From Limisphaerales bacterium (lineage in GTDB: Bacteria > Verrucomicrobiota > Verrucomicrobiia > Limisphaerales > SIBE01), in contig JBGAIN010000078.1 in NCBI GenBank assembly GCA_044225505.1, positions 1-37,702 of the forward strand: DNA of 37,702 nucleotides. Direction: 5' to 3'. How positions within the stretch are numbered: position 1 is the stretch's first letter; each line of letters opens with the position of its first letter. A program made the translations under genes and the position numbers. Under the pieces are notes generated by a model. The model was not told where the DNA came from and made no database searches. It saw nothing but the letters and a program-made list of their open reading frames with translations. Shown in pieces: positions 9,911 through 20,620 of the stretch.

Positions 9911-12900
9911 TTACGGAACACGCCGCACTCGAAAATAACGTGTTCGCGGCACGGCGGGGGTTTCAAAAACTAGTCCGGACGGTCCGCGGACAATACCCTC
10001 CACGACAGGCCGCCACGAATCGGGTTGCCCAGGAGTTTCGGTGCTTTCCAGGGAGGTCGGAATGATATCCGCTGGCCAGGTGACCGTCACGGCGCGGTTC
10101 GATTGTGTGATCTTTAGCACGATTGTCGGCCCAAGCTCAGGGCTGATCGTTATCACTCCATTCAGAGTGCGGGTAAGCCCCTTCGCTTGAACCGTCAATT
10201 TCCACCGGTATTCGCCGGCGGCACTGTAGACATGGCAATACTCTGGGGTAGAGCGATGAGGGCTACCATCGCCGAAGTCCCAATCCCACGAAAACACGCC
10301 AGTGCAGCCTCCGAGTGACGCATTGGCTCTGAATGCGACCGGGTGATTGGGGAGCGCAGCTGCGGGAACGGCTGCAGTGGCTGTCAAAACGCAATCGGCC
10401 GGGCTGACCGTAAGGCTGACGGTTCCCAGATCGGAGTCGGTCGATCCGTCCCACGCAGCGTAGGTAAACGAATCCAATCCGGCGTCTGTGGCACTCGGCC
10501 AATAAGTGGCAAGCGCACCATTCAACGCAACGGTGCCGTGGGTCGGGGGCGTGACGATCCGTAGCGCGAGGACGTCTCGGTCCGCATCGGAAGCGAGAAG
10601 TGGAATTGTCACCGCTTGTCCGGACAGGGCACTGCTGCCAAGGTTCTGCACCACGGGGAAGTGATTCTGGAACCCATTTTGCGTGTCTCCTTTCGGACCA
10701 TCGTGGCAGTTGTAACATCCGATTTGCGAGCCGCCCCAAAAGATGCGTTCGCCGCGAGCTTTGCCCAGAGCCAAGGACTCCGAAGCTTGCTTGAGCGACA
10801 ACACAGTTCCGCGATAGTTCGTTCCGTGACAACTTTGACATTCGGCGTTTGGTGTCGCTGCGGCGGAGTGCGCGTTCATCCACGCGAGCCCCAACGGATG
10901 CAGACCGTGCGGGCCACCGTTGTCGACCTTTGGAACGACGAGGTGGCAGGCAGTGCAGTCCGAGAGCACTCCGATGTGATTCTGCAATCGCTGACTCTGT
11001 TGATTCTCAAATGGCTCTGAGCTACTCAGTTCGGCATGTGCCGTTCCGTGGCAGGCCGCGCATTGGAGGCCGCCATGGCCGCTAGATTGTCGAAATAGGC
11101 TCGGTGAAGTTGACAAGACGTTTGTTTGCGTTCCAAACGTTAAGTTGACTGGGACGCGAGGTTGTTGCGGGCTGCTAAAGAGGTTTGTATACCGTATCTC
11201 ACCGTTATTGCGCGCTGCCGTTCCCGTATGACAGTTCTGGCAACTCGGCTGGTCCAGCCAGCCGCGCCGAGTCGGTGCCGCCAAATCACTCAACGTTCCA
11301 TGGCAGTCCTGGCAGGACATGGTCAACGTTCCATCCGAATGAACGGCTTTGCGGTGCGCTCCCCGCAAATAGCGGCTTTCCGGCCCCGCATGGCATCGCA
11401 AACATGCAGCGCTTGCTGTTGAGTCGTTGAGAGATACCCCAACCGAGGCGTCGTGAACTGAGGCATGCTTGCGATGAATCACTTGGGTGAGCGACGCGAT
11501 TCCAACCGTCCCAGGCTGATTGGGCATCGCCTCGGAACCGTGGCACCGCAGGCAGAGGACTGGTTGGCTATCGACGAGGACGGTTGCCGTGAGCCCGTTC
11601 GGGTTGTAGCCAACAGCGCGAAGGGCGGCGACATAGGTCGACGACCCGGCGTGGTTGTCGTCGTGCGATCGTAGGATATTGAGCTTGAAATCGACCGTCG
11701 CTTCACAGTCCCAGATCCACCCTGAGGCCGGTCGCCCTGCGACGGGAGACCCGGAGGCGTGGCACGAAATGCAGTCCATTTCATCACTGACTGGCATCAC
11801 CACGTCCGTGCTGGCAATAACGGATCCGGTGGTGTCACGCGCGATCAGCCGCATTAATGGAAACGGGTTCTTCGGACTGCCGGCCTCATCGGGATACGGT
11901 AGCAAAGGAATTCCCTCGGCGGAGAACCAATCGTGCGTTGCATCAAAAGTCATCGGTTGAGGACTGTTGAGGGGTCCTGGCATGGCGAACCCGGCGAGAC
12001 CTTCATCCGGCCGAAGGTCGCGCCCAAAGAGCGCCTCGACGTGTTCGTAGAAGTTGCCCTTGGTTTGCGACGTTGCATTGAGCAGACCGGATGAGTCAGG
12101 AGCAGCTTCGTAAGTCACAGAGATTCGGTCCGCGCTGGTTACAAGCTTCCCGTTTAAAACAAGCTGAGCACGAACGGTGTTGAATGGCGGCACCAGGGAG
12201 TAGATCGAATGGTCCGTGCCATTCATCTCATGCAGACCGGTGTCGCTCCAGCCCAGCAGCACCGCCTTGCTGGCGACGGACGCGATCTGCACCTGGAGCA
12301 AAACGCTGGACGAGTTGGCTGCGGTTTGAGCCGAGTCGTAGGCTTTCGCAACCCATTGGTGGACGCCGTTCTCAGCGGCAGTGACCGCCCAGTTGAATAC
12401 GAAAGGTGGAGCTGTCTGGGTCGAGCGCAATGTGCCGTTGTCGTAGAATTCCACTCGGATAATATCGAGACCACCCGTTGGTTTCGCTTCGATCGGAACG
12501 TTCTTCGAAATGGTAAACGTTGAACCGCTCGTTGGAGAGCTGATTGAGACGGCCAGGGGATCCGCCGGGCCGACAGTCACAGTCACTGGTGCTGAGAGTG
12601 CGACGTTCTCAGACAGGTCGTAGGCCTTGACTGTCCAAGCGTGCGATCCGACATCCCCAGTGCCAACGATCCAACTGTAGGTATACGGGCTGGTCGATAG
12701 ACTACCTTTCAAAAGATCGTTGTCGTAAAACTCAACCTTGGAAAGACCGACATTGTCCGAAGCGGAAGCTTGGACGAGTACGATTTGCCCGGGCTTAGAC
12801 TTGCTTCCATCCGCGGGGGCGGCGATTGAAACTGTGGGAGGACCAGGATCGATGTTGACTCCTAGCGTGAGCGCCACTTCGCTGACGTGTTGGGACGTAT

Positions 12901-13915
12901 CAAAGGCCTTTGCCACCCAGATGTGGGAACCATTCTGAGCTGGCGTGACGAGCCAAGCAAAGTTATAGGGCGAGCTGGTTTGGCTGCCCTTGAAAATTCC
13001 GTCTTGATAGATATCCACTCGGGCGACAGCCACATTGTCGGTTGCTCTCGCCTGAATGATGACCGCTTGAGCTGTGTAAAAGACGGTGCCGTCGCTCGGT
13101 GAACTGATCAATAGTTGAGGGGGCGTGGCGTCAATCGTGACATTGAGGGTGGTTGGATCGGAGATCCGAACATTCTGAGCAGCGTCGTAGGCCCTTACCG
13201 TCCATCGGTGCGAGCCGTTGTCCGCAGCGGTCAGCACCCAATTGTAATTGAACGGCGGATTCACAAGCGTCGCCCGGAGTCGGTCATTATCATAGTATTC
13301 CACCTTTGTTACACCTCGATCGTCGAAGACATTCGCTTGGATGACCACCGTCTGAAGCGATGAATACGTGCTTCCGGTTTCCGGCGACGCGATTGAGACC
13401 GTCGGCGCTTGGACATCAATATTGACCACCAAATTGATCGCTGCGGACAAAGATGTGTTGCGCGCCGCATCATATGCTCGCGCTGCCCACTTGTGAGTGC
13501 CGACATCCGCTCCGGTAATCTCCCAATCAAACGAGAATGGCGCAACCATGCGGGTCGCTTTGACCAGTCCATTCTCGTAAAAGTCGACTTGGGTCACACC
13601 AACATTATCGCGTGCGTCCACTTGAATCGAGATCGTCTGCGGTGTGGAGTAAACGGTTCCGTCGTTTGGAGCGATGATTCGGATGGTAGGCGGGGTTGCA
13701 TCGGTAGCGAGCAGTGAGGCCGTCCCGGTCGCCAAGCTCGCCAAGGGTTGAGTGGACTTCGCTCCCAGGGTTGCCCAGGCCAACTGCTGCTGCTGGGTGG
13801 TGCGGGTTCCGAGCGTATTTGCACTCAGTGCGGTCTGCGCCCAGGCGTGGGCAGCGACCCACGGAGCGAGCGCAAAGCTGAGAAACTGAATTGCCTGAAA
13901 CGTTCGATGGTTCAT
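9911..13915 (-). CDS. Exported multiheme (9 CxxCH) cytochrome c with five N-terminal Ig-like repeats, a cadherin-like domain, a PKD domain and a C-terminal module
   Basis: Signal peptide ending AAHAWA. Five ~92-aa repeats (P.VSI.SP..G...V.FY.N......PF..W......H.W...AYD). Heme motifs CISCH, CLRCH, CLRCH, CQDCH, CQNCH, CAACH, CTACH, CQSCH, CYNCH (10703-11773). FTYAAWDG repeat, WDWDFGDG PKD motif, and terminal RYFRVRR. Confidence 0.9.
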   Translation of the reverse strand: MNHRTFQAIQFLSFALAPWVAAHAWAQTALSANTLGTRTTQQQQLAWATLGAKSTQPLASLATGTASLLATDATPPTIRIIAPNDGTVYSTPQTISIQVDARDNVGVTQVDFYENGLVKATRMVAPFSFDWEITGADVGTHKWAARAYDAARNTSLSAAINLVVNIDVQAPTVSIASPETGSTYSSLQTVVIQANVFDDRGVTKVEYYDNDRLRATLVNPPFNYNWVLTAADNGSHRWTVRAYDAAQNVRISDPTTLNVTIDATPPQLLISSPSDGTVFYTAQAVIIQARATDNVAVARVDIYQDGIFKGSQTSSPYNFAWLVTPAQNGSHIWVAKAFDTSQHVSEVALTLGVNIDPGPPTVSIAAPADGSKSKPGQIVLVQASASDNVGLSKVEFYDNDLLKGSLSTSPYTYSWIVGTGDVGSHAWTVKAYDLSENVALSAPVTVTVGPADPLAVSISSPTSGSTFTISKNVPIEAKPTGGLDIIRVEFYDNGTLRSTQTAPPFVFNWAVTAAENGVHQWVAKAYDSAQTAANSSSVLLQVQIASVASKAVLLGWSDTGLHEMNGTDHSIYSLVPPFNTVRAQLVLNGKLVTSADRISVTYEAAPDSSGLLNATSQTKGNFYEHVEALFGRDLRPDEGLAGFAMPGPLNSPQPMTFDATHDWFSAEGIPLLPYPDEAGSPKNPFPLMRLIARDTTGSVIASTDVVMPVSDEMDCISCHASGSPVAGRPASGWIWDCEATVDFKLNILRSHDDNHAGSSTYVAALRAVGYNPNGLTATVLVDSQPVLCLRCHGSEAMPNQPGTVGIASLTQVIHRKHASVHDASVGVSLNDSTASAACLRCHAGPESRYLRGAHRKAVHSDGTLTMSCQDCHGTLSDLAAPTRRGWLDQPSCQNCHTGTAARNNGEIRYTNLFSSPQQPRVPVNLTFGTQTNVLSTSPSLFRQSSGHGGLQCAACHGTAHAELSSSEPFENQQSQRLQNHIGVLSDCTACHLVVPKVDNGGPHGLHPLGLAWMNAHSAAATPNAECQSCHGTNYRGTVLSLKQASESLALGKARGERIFWGGSQIGCYNCHDGPKGDTQNGFQNHFPVVQNLGSSALSGQAVTIPLLASDADRDVLALRIVTPPTHGTVALNGALATYWPSATDAGLDSFTYAAWDGSTDSDLGTVSLTVSPADCVLTATAAVPAAALPNHPVAFRANASLGGCTGVFSWDWDFGDGSPHRSTPEYCHVYSAAGEYRWKLTVQAKGLTRTLNGVITISPELGPTIVLKITQSNRAVTVTWPADIIPTSLESTETPGQPDSWRPVVEGIVRGPSGLVFETPAVPRTRYFRVRRVP

Positions 13916-14013
13916 GACGTATACCCGCACAGTCCGCGAAATCTTGGCGGTGTGATCTGCAGTCTAGGTTGAACTCCAAACGAGCCTCAACCGACAGCAG
14001 CTTCAATACCGAC

Positions 14014-14030
14014 AGCAAGCCTGCTGCCAA
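14014..14030 (-). promoter_or_regulatory. Candidate sigma54 (RpoN) -24/-12 promoter of the multiheme cytochrome gene
   Basis: The minus strand reads TTGGCAGCAGGCTTGCT. GG and GC are separated by exactly 10 nt, with one mismatch to TGGCAC-N5-TTGCW. It lies about 100 bp upstream of ATG 13915 in the correct orientation. Confidence 0.6.
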
Positions 14031-14183
14031 CTAATCCGCGGCTCCGCCCATGGACGCTGGAGAGCCCGCCTTTAGCCATGTTAGTCGTTGAACGGCAGAA
14101 TTTTAAGGTGTCAATTCTGCGGTTCCTCAGCGAGAAATGGCAACGGCTGGTCCTGGGTCCAATTCCTAGCCAGGGTCCTGCGC

Positions 14184-14212
14184 TTGCCAAGCTGCGAACC
14201 TGCTATTACCGT
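14184..14212 (+). promoter_or_regulatory. Candidate sigma70-type promoter of trxB
   Basis: TTGCCA (14184-14189), a 17-nt spacer, then TACCGT (14207-14212), 11 nt before the ATG. Confidence 0.4.
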
Positions 14213-14223
14213 TCGGCCACTTT

Positions 14224-15153
14224 ATGGAAAAAGTCGTTATTATCGGCACCGGTTGCGCAGGGCTCACGGCTGCAATCTACACCGCACGAGCTAATCTGAG
14301 CCCATTGGTCTTGACCGGAACAATGCCTGGGGGCCTGCTGACGACAACCAGTATTGTGGAAAACTACCCGGGCTTTCCGGAGGGTATTGATGGCTACGAA
14401 TTAATGACCCGAATGCAGAAGCAAGCCGAACGGTTTGGCGCGCGAATTCAGTTTGGAACCGTCGAGGGAGTCGACCTATCAGGCCACCCATTCTCATTAA
14501 ATGTCGATGGCGCGGCGGTTCAAGCCGAGACCCTGATCATCGCAAGCGGGGCTGGGCATCGGCACTTGGGCTTGAAGAGCGAGCACCTTCTGGAAAAGAA
14601 GGGCGTCACTTATTGCGCTACGTGTGACGGAGCTCTTCCGATGTTTCGCGGAAAGCCGTTGGTGGTGGTCGGAGGGGGAGACTCCGCTTGTGAAGAAGCT
14701 ATCTACCTGACCCGGTTTGGCTCGGTCGTTTACCTGATACATCGACGGGATACGTTGCGGGCGTCACGGATCATGGCCGAGCGGACGTTAAATCATCCAA
14801 AGATCAAGCCGGTCTGGAATTCCGTCGTGGTGGATATTCTCGATCCAGTGGCAGACAAAGTCACCGGCGTTCGCATTAAAAACTTGAAGACAGAAGCCGA
14901 ATCCGTTCTCGACGCAGAGGGCGTTTTCATCGCGATCGGACATGTGCCAAACACTGCGCTGTTCAAAGGTATCATTGACATGGATGAAAACGGCTACATT
15001 TTGCCAAAAACCGGCACGCAAACGAATATTCCGGGCGTCTTTGTCGCCGGAGACTGCAGCGACAACGTGTATCGGCAAGCGATTACCGCCGCTGGACTAG
15101 GCTGCGCGGCCGCAATTGACGCCGAACGGTATTTGGCGAGGCTTAACCAATAG
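14224..15153 (+). CDS. trxB: Thioredoxin-disulfide reductase
   Basis: Motifs IIGTGCAGLTAAIY, VENYPGF, active site CATCDG, VVGGGDSACEEA, IHRRD, GVFVAGD and YRQAITAAGLGC. Confidence 0.97.
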   Translation: MEKVVIIGTGCAGLTAAIYTARANLSPLVLTGTMPGGLLTTTSIVENYPGFPEGIDGYELMTRMQKQAERFGARIQFGTVEGVDLSGHPFSLNVDGAAVQAETLIIASGAGHRHLGLKSEHLLEKKGVTYCATCDGALPMFRGKPLVVVGGGDSACEEAIYLTRFGSVVYLIHRRDTLRASRIMAERTLNHPKIKPVWNSVVVDILDPVADKVTGVRIKNLKTEAESVLDAEGVFIAIGHVPNTALFKGIIDMDENGYILPKTGTQTNIPGVFVAGDCSDNVYRQAITAAGLGCAAAIDAERYLARLNQ

Positions 15154-15315
15154 GTTTCGGCGAAAAGCACGCACGCAGCCCCTGCGAGCTGGGGTGTGAA
15201 GTGCCGAGGCTCGATGGAGCCAAGCTCAAGTGGGCAGCCCAATCGGCGCGCGCTGGCCTTAACGCTACGGGAATTTCGCTCTGGTTTTGTCTTCGAGAAG
15301 TGGTAATCCTCTCAC

Positions 15316-15978
15316 ATGAAGGTCCGGACAGCGCAGGTAAAGCGCTTCACGAATGAGACTCAGATCCTGATCAAGCTCAAGATTGAGGGGTCAGGAAAAT
15401 CGTTGATCCAGACGGGAATCCCGTTCTTTGACCATATGCTTTGCCTATTTGCGAAGCATGCCGTCGCCGATCTCACGCTCCAGTGTGACGGCGATCTGGA
15501 GGTCGACGCCCACCACACGGTCGAAGACTGTGGCATCGCACTTGGCCAAGCCTACCTTCATGCTTTAGGGGGAAAGCGAGGCATCCGAAGATACGGGACG
15601 GGTTTTGATCCTCGAAATCCTTTAAGCGGAGAGGCTTACGTTCCAATGGACGAGTGTCTCGCCAGATGTGTGATCGATTTCAGTGGCAGGCCTTACCTGG
15701 TCTGGCGTGGCCTGGAAACGCTGTCGTTTCGAAAAATCAGCAAACAAGAACGGGGGCAAGATATGTCATCGAGTTTCCGATTTGGGTTGGCGCGCGAGTT
15801 TTTTCAAGGATTTGCCAATGAATGCCGCTGCAACCTGCATCTGGAGTTGCTGTATGGAGAGGAACCGCATCATGTGGTTGAAGCTCTCTTCAAAGCATTT
15901 GCGCGAGCCGTAGACGTTGCCTGCCGACAGGACCCTCGGATTCCAAACGTGTTGCCGAGCACCAAAGGAAAGCTGTGA
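15316..15978 (+). CDS. hisB: Imidazoleglycerol-phosphate dehydratase
   Basis: Motifs TGIPFFDHML, GDLEVDAHHTVED, VPMDE, DFSGRP, HHVVEALFKAFARA and PSTKGKL. Confidence 0.95.
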   Translation: MKVRTAQVKRFTNETQILIKLKIEGSGKSLIQTGIPFFDHMLCLFAKHAVADLTLQCDGDLEVDAHHTVEDCGIALGQAYLHALGGKRGIRRYGTGFDPRNPLSGEAYVPMDECLARCVIDFSGRPYLVWRGLETLSFRKISKQERGQDMSSSFRFGLAREFFQGFANECRCNLHLELLYGEEPHHVVEALFKAFARAVDVACRQDPRIPNVLPSTKGKL

Positions 15979-15990
15979 GACAACTGAATA

Positions 15991-16620
15991 GTGGCGCCTT
16001 CCGCCCCGTCCATTAGAATGCCGACGCAAAAGAATTATGCAGCGATGACCGATGAGGAGCTTGTGGCTGCGGCCCAGTTGGAGGACATGGCGGCCTTTGA
16101 GGAATTGGTAGCGCGGCATCGCGACAAGATTTACGCGCGCGCGTTTAGTATGATGCGCAATGAGGAAGCAGCCATTGATCTTTCCCAGGAAGCCTGGGTG
16201 AAAGGCTGGCAGCGGTTGCGGCAGTTTCAAGGCGAAGCAAGCTTTGTAACTTGGATGACTCGGATCGTGATCAATCTGTGCCTGGATCAGCTGCGGAAAC
16301 AAAAGCGTTTGCGTGCGGATTCAATCGATCAATTAGATGACGAGGTTGGCGGAGTTGAGCGACAGATGCCGGTGGTGACTCCGAATCCCACGGAGCGTCT
16401 CGAACAGTTGGAACTCCGGCAGCGGATCGACCAAGGCATGGCTCAGTTATCTTATGAGCATCGCACAGTGCTGATCCTCCATGAATTTGAAGAACTTGAA
16501 TACAAAGAGATCGCAAAGCGGATGGAATGTTCTATTGGAACAGTGATGTCGCGATTGTTTTATGCCAGACGCAAATTGGCGTCCCTATTGGCGGGACTGA
16601 AGCGTGAGGAACTGAAATAA
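15991..16620 (+). CDS. ECF-family RNA polymerase sigma factor
   Basis: Region 2 (AFEELVARH, DLSQEAWVK, FQGEASFVTWMTRIVINLCLD) and region 4 (LEYKEIAKRMECSIGTVMSRLFYAR). The start could be 15991, 16018 or 16045. Confidence 0.93.
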   Translation: MAPSAPSIRMPTQKNYAAMTDEELVAAAQLEDMAAFEELVARHRDKIYARAFSMMRNEEAAIDLSQEAWVKGWQRLRQFQGEASFVTWMTRIVINLCLDQLRKQKRLRADSIDQLDDEVGGVERQMPVVTPNPTERLEQLELRQRIDQGMAQLSYEHRTVLILHEFEELEYKEIAKRMECSIGTVMSRLFYARRKLASLLAGLKREELK

Positions 16621-17099
16621 TGAATCCGGAAATACAGCTCAAATTACAGGCGTACCTGGATAATGAGTTAGGCGACGCGGAAGCCCGCGAAATGGCTTCC
16701 CTGCTGGAGAGCGATCCGGACGCCCAGACGTTGTCGGCTGAACTCCAGGCAGTGCGAACTTTGTTGAACGGGAATGAGTTAGAGGCTAAGGTGCCGGAGT
16801 CGCGCGAGTTTTATTGGTCGAAAATCGACCGAGCAATTCAGCAGACGAGCGACTTGCGCGAGGCGAGCGCTCGCGAAGTCCGGGCGCGCGTTCCTTGGTG
16901 GGTCAAGGTCTTCGCGCCAGCTTTGGGCTTGGCAGCTGTTCTTGTGGCTGTTTTTTCGTTGGGCCGATTTTCGAATGCTCCTGTGAAGTCGAGTTATTTG
17001 CACGAGATTGAAACGCCCTTGGATGATACGGGGGCGATCTCCTTCCATTCGCAGACAGCGGGGATGACGGTTGTTTGGGTTCAGACCCAACCTTATTAA
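16620..17099 (+). CDS. Putative membrane-anchored anti-sigma factor
   Basis: Overlaps the sigma stop codon (TAATG). N-terminal 'LQAYLDNEL' anti-sigma-domain signature, one transmembrane helix, and a short C-terminal beta domain. Confidence 0.8.
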   Translation: MNPEIQLKLQAYLDNELGDAEAREMASLLESDPDAQTLSAELQAVRTLLNGNELEAKVPESREFYWSKIDRAIQQTSDLREASAREVRARVPWWVKVFAPALGLAAVLVAVFSLGRFSNAPVKSSYLHEIETPLDDTGAISFHSQTAGMTVVWVQTQPY

Positions 17100-17139
17100 A
17101 CCGAGAATGCAATTTGAAGTTCGTAAACGTTACCCTTGA

Positions 17140-17619
17140 ATGATCACGCGTAGCTTGTCGGCGGTCTGGGTCGCAGTCGCTCTCTCAGTCATTATAGGCA
17201 CACCGGGAGTGGGCTTGCGAGAGGCTTTGGCTGCAGCAGAAACGCATTATCAGGTACAACTCATTTGGGGTACTGATAGCGAGAAACCGAAAGATAAGCC
17301 ATTGCAGGAAGTGGACGCCAAACTCCAAGATAAGCTTAAGGGCATCTTTAAGTGGAAGAACTACTATGAGGTGAGTCATAAACCGGTTGTGGTCCCGAAA
17401 GACGGCTCGCAAAAGGTCAAACTGAGTGATAAGTGTGAAATTCAGGTCCAGGACGTGGGCAATTCGCGTGCTGAGATACGTCTGTTTGGAGAAGGGCAGT
17501 TGGTCGTGAAAAAGGTTCAGGCAGTGGTTCCTGGAGAGATGATTGTCCTCGCGGGCAACAGCAAAGATGACACCGCTTGGTTTGTCGTCCTTGTCCCGAC
17601 GAAAACGTTAGACAAGTAG
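17140..17619 (+). CDS. Exported hypothetical protein, probably the third gene of the ECF operon
   Basis: Hydrophobic N-terminal signal followed by a lysine-rich beta-strand domain; 40 bp downstream of the anti-sigma gene on the same strand. Confidence 0.75.
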   Translation: MITRSLSAVWVAVALSVIIGTPGVGLREALAAAETHYQVQLIWGTDSEKPKDKPLQEVDAKLQDKLKGIFKWKNYYEVSHKPVVVPKDGSQKVKLSDKCEIQVQDVGNSRAEIRLFGEGQLVVKKVQAVVPGEMIVLAGNSKDDTAWFVVLVPTKTLDK

Positions 17620-17889
17620 CCCTCATTTATCGGTGCCCGACGCTCGAGGCGTCCTTCTGTTGGGCTGGGTCCATCTTCGTCACACCATTTTGGAATCGTT
17701 AGGACTCTGGCAGAGCCGGGACCGGGTTGGTTCCTAAATTTCCTTTTTGCGGTGAGGGGAAACTCCGCGAGCTGATCCAGGTCTTATTCGCGAGGTTTCA
17801 AGGAATCAAAGGCTTCCGTTCGTGTCTCCGACAGATCGCTTAAGGCTGAGTTGGCAGACTTGTCTTTAGGTCTCAACGGGGACCAGCTT

Positions 17890-17937
17890 CCCCAATATGT
17901 TTGGCTATTCGATACTTGGTCCCACAATCCGTAGTGT
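17890..17937. promoter_or_regulatory. Candidate tandem NrdR-box-like sites upstream of gyrB
   Basis: CCCCAATATGTTTGGC (17890-17905) and CCACAATCCGTAGTGT (17922-17937) are degenerate matches to acaCwAtATaTwGtgt and start 32 bp apart. Confidence 0.33.
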
Positions 17938-18068
17938 AGTTTACCCTGGTGAATGTGGAAATAAAGGTTGTCGTGCGTATTCGGTTCGATTACTTTATTG
18001 CCTGCCTTTCCAGCACGTTCTGAAGGCTCCGGTGGACTGGCTAACCGTGGCTCAAAGAAGCGCCCTGA

Positions 18069-20555
<2,487 letters not shown>

Positions 20556-20620
20556 TCGGAATGCCAACCCGACCGCGTGCGAGCGGCGGATCCGATATTC
20601 CTTTTGCAATATTGTAGCGT

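Noticed and set aside
12280..13705. Periodic sequence similarity that could suggest a repeat array or CRISPR
   Set aside because: It reflects diverged protein-level Ig repeats; no identical direct repeats with spacers were seen anywhere in the window.
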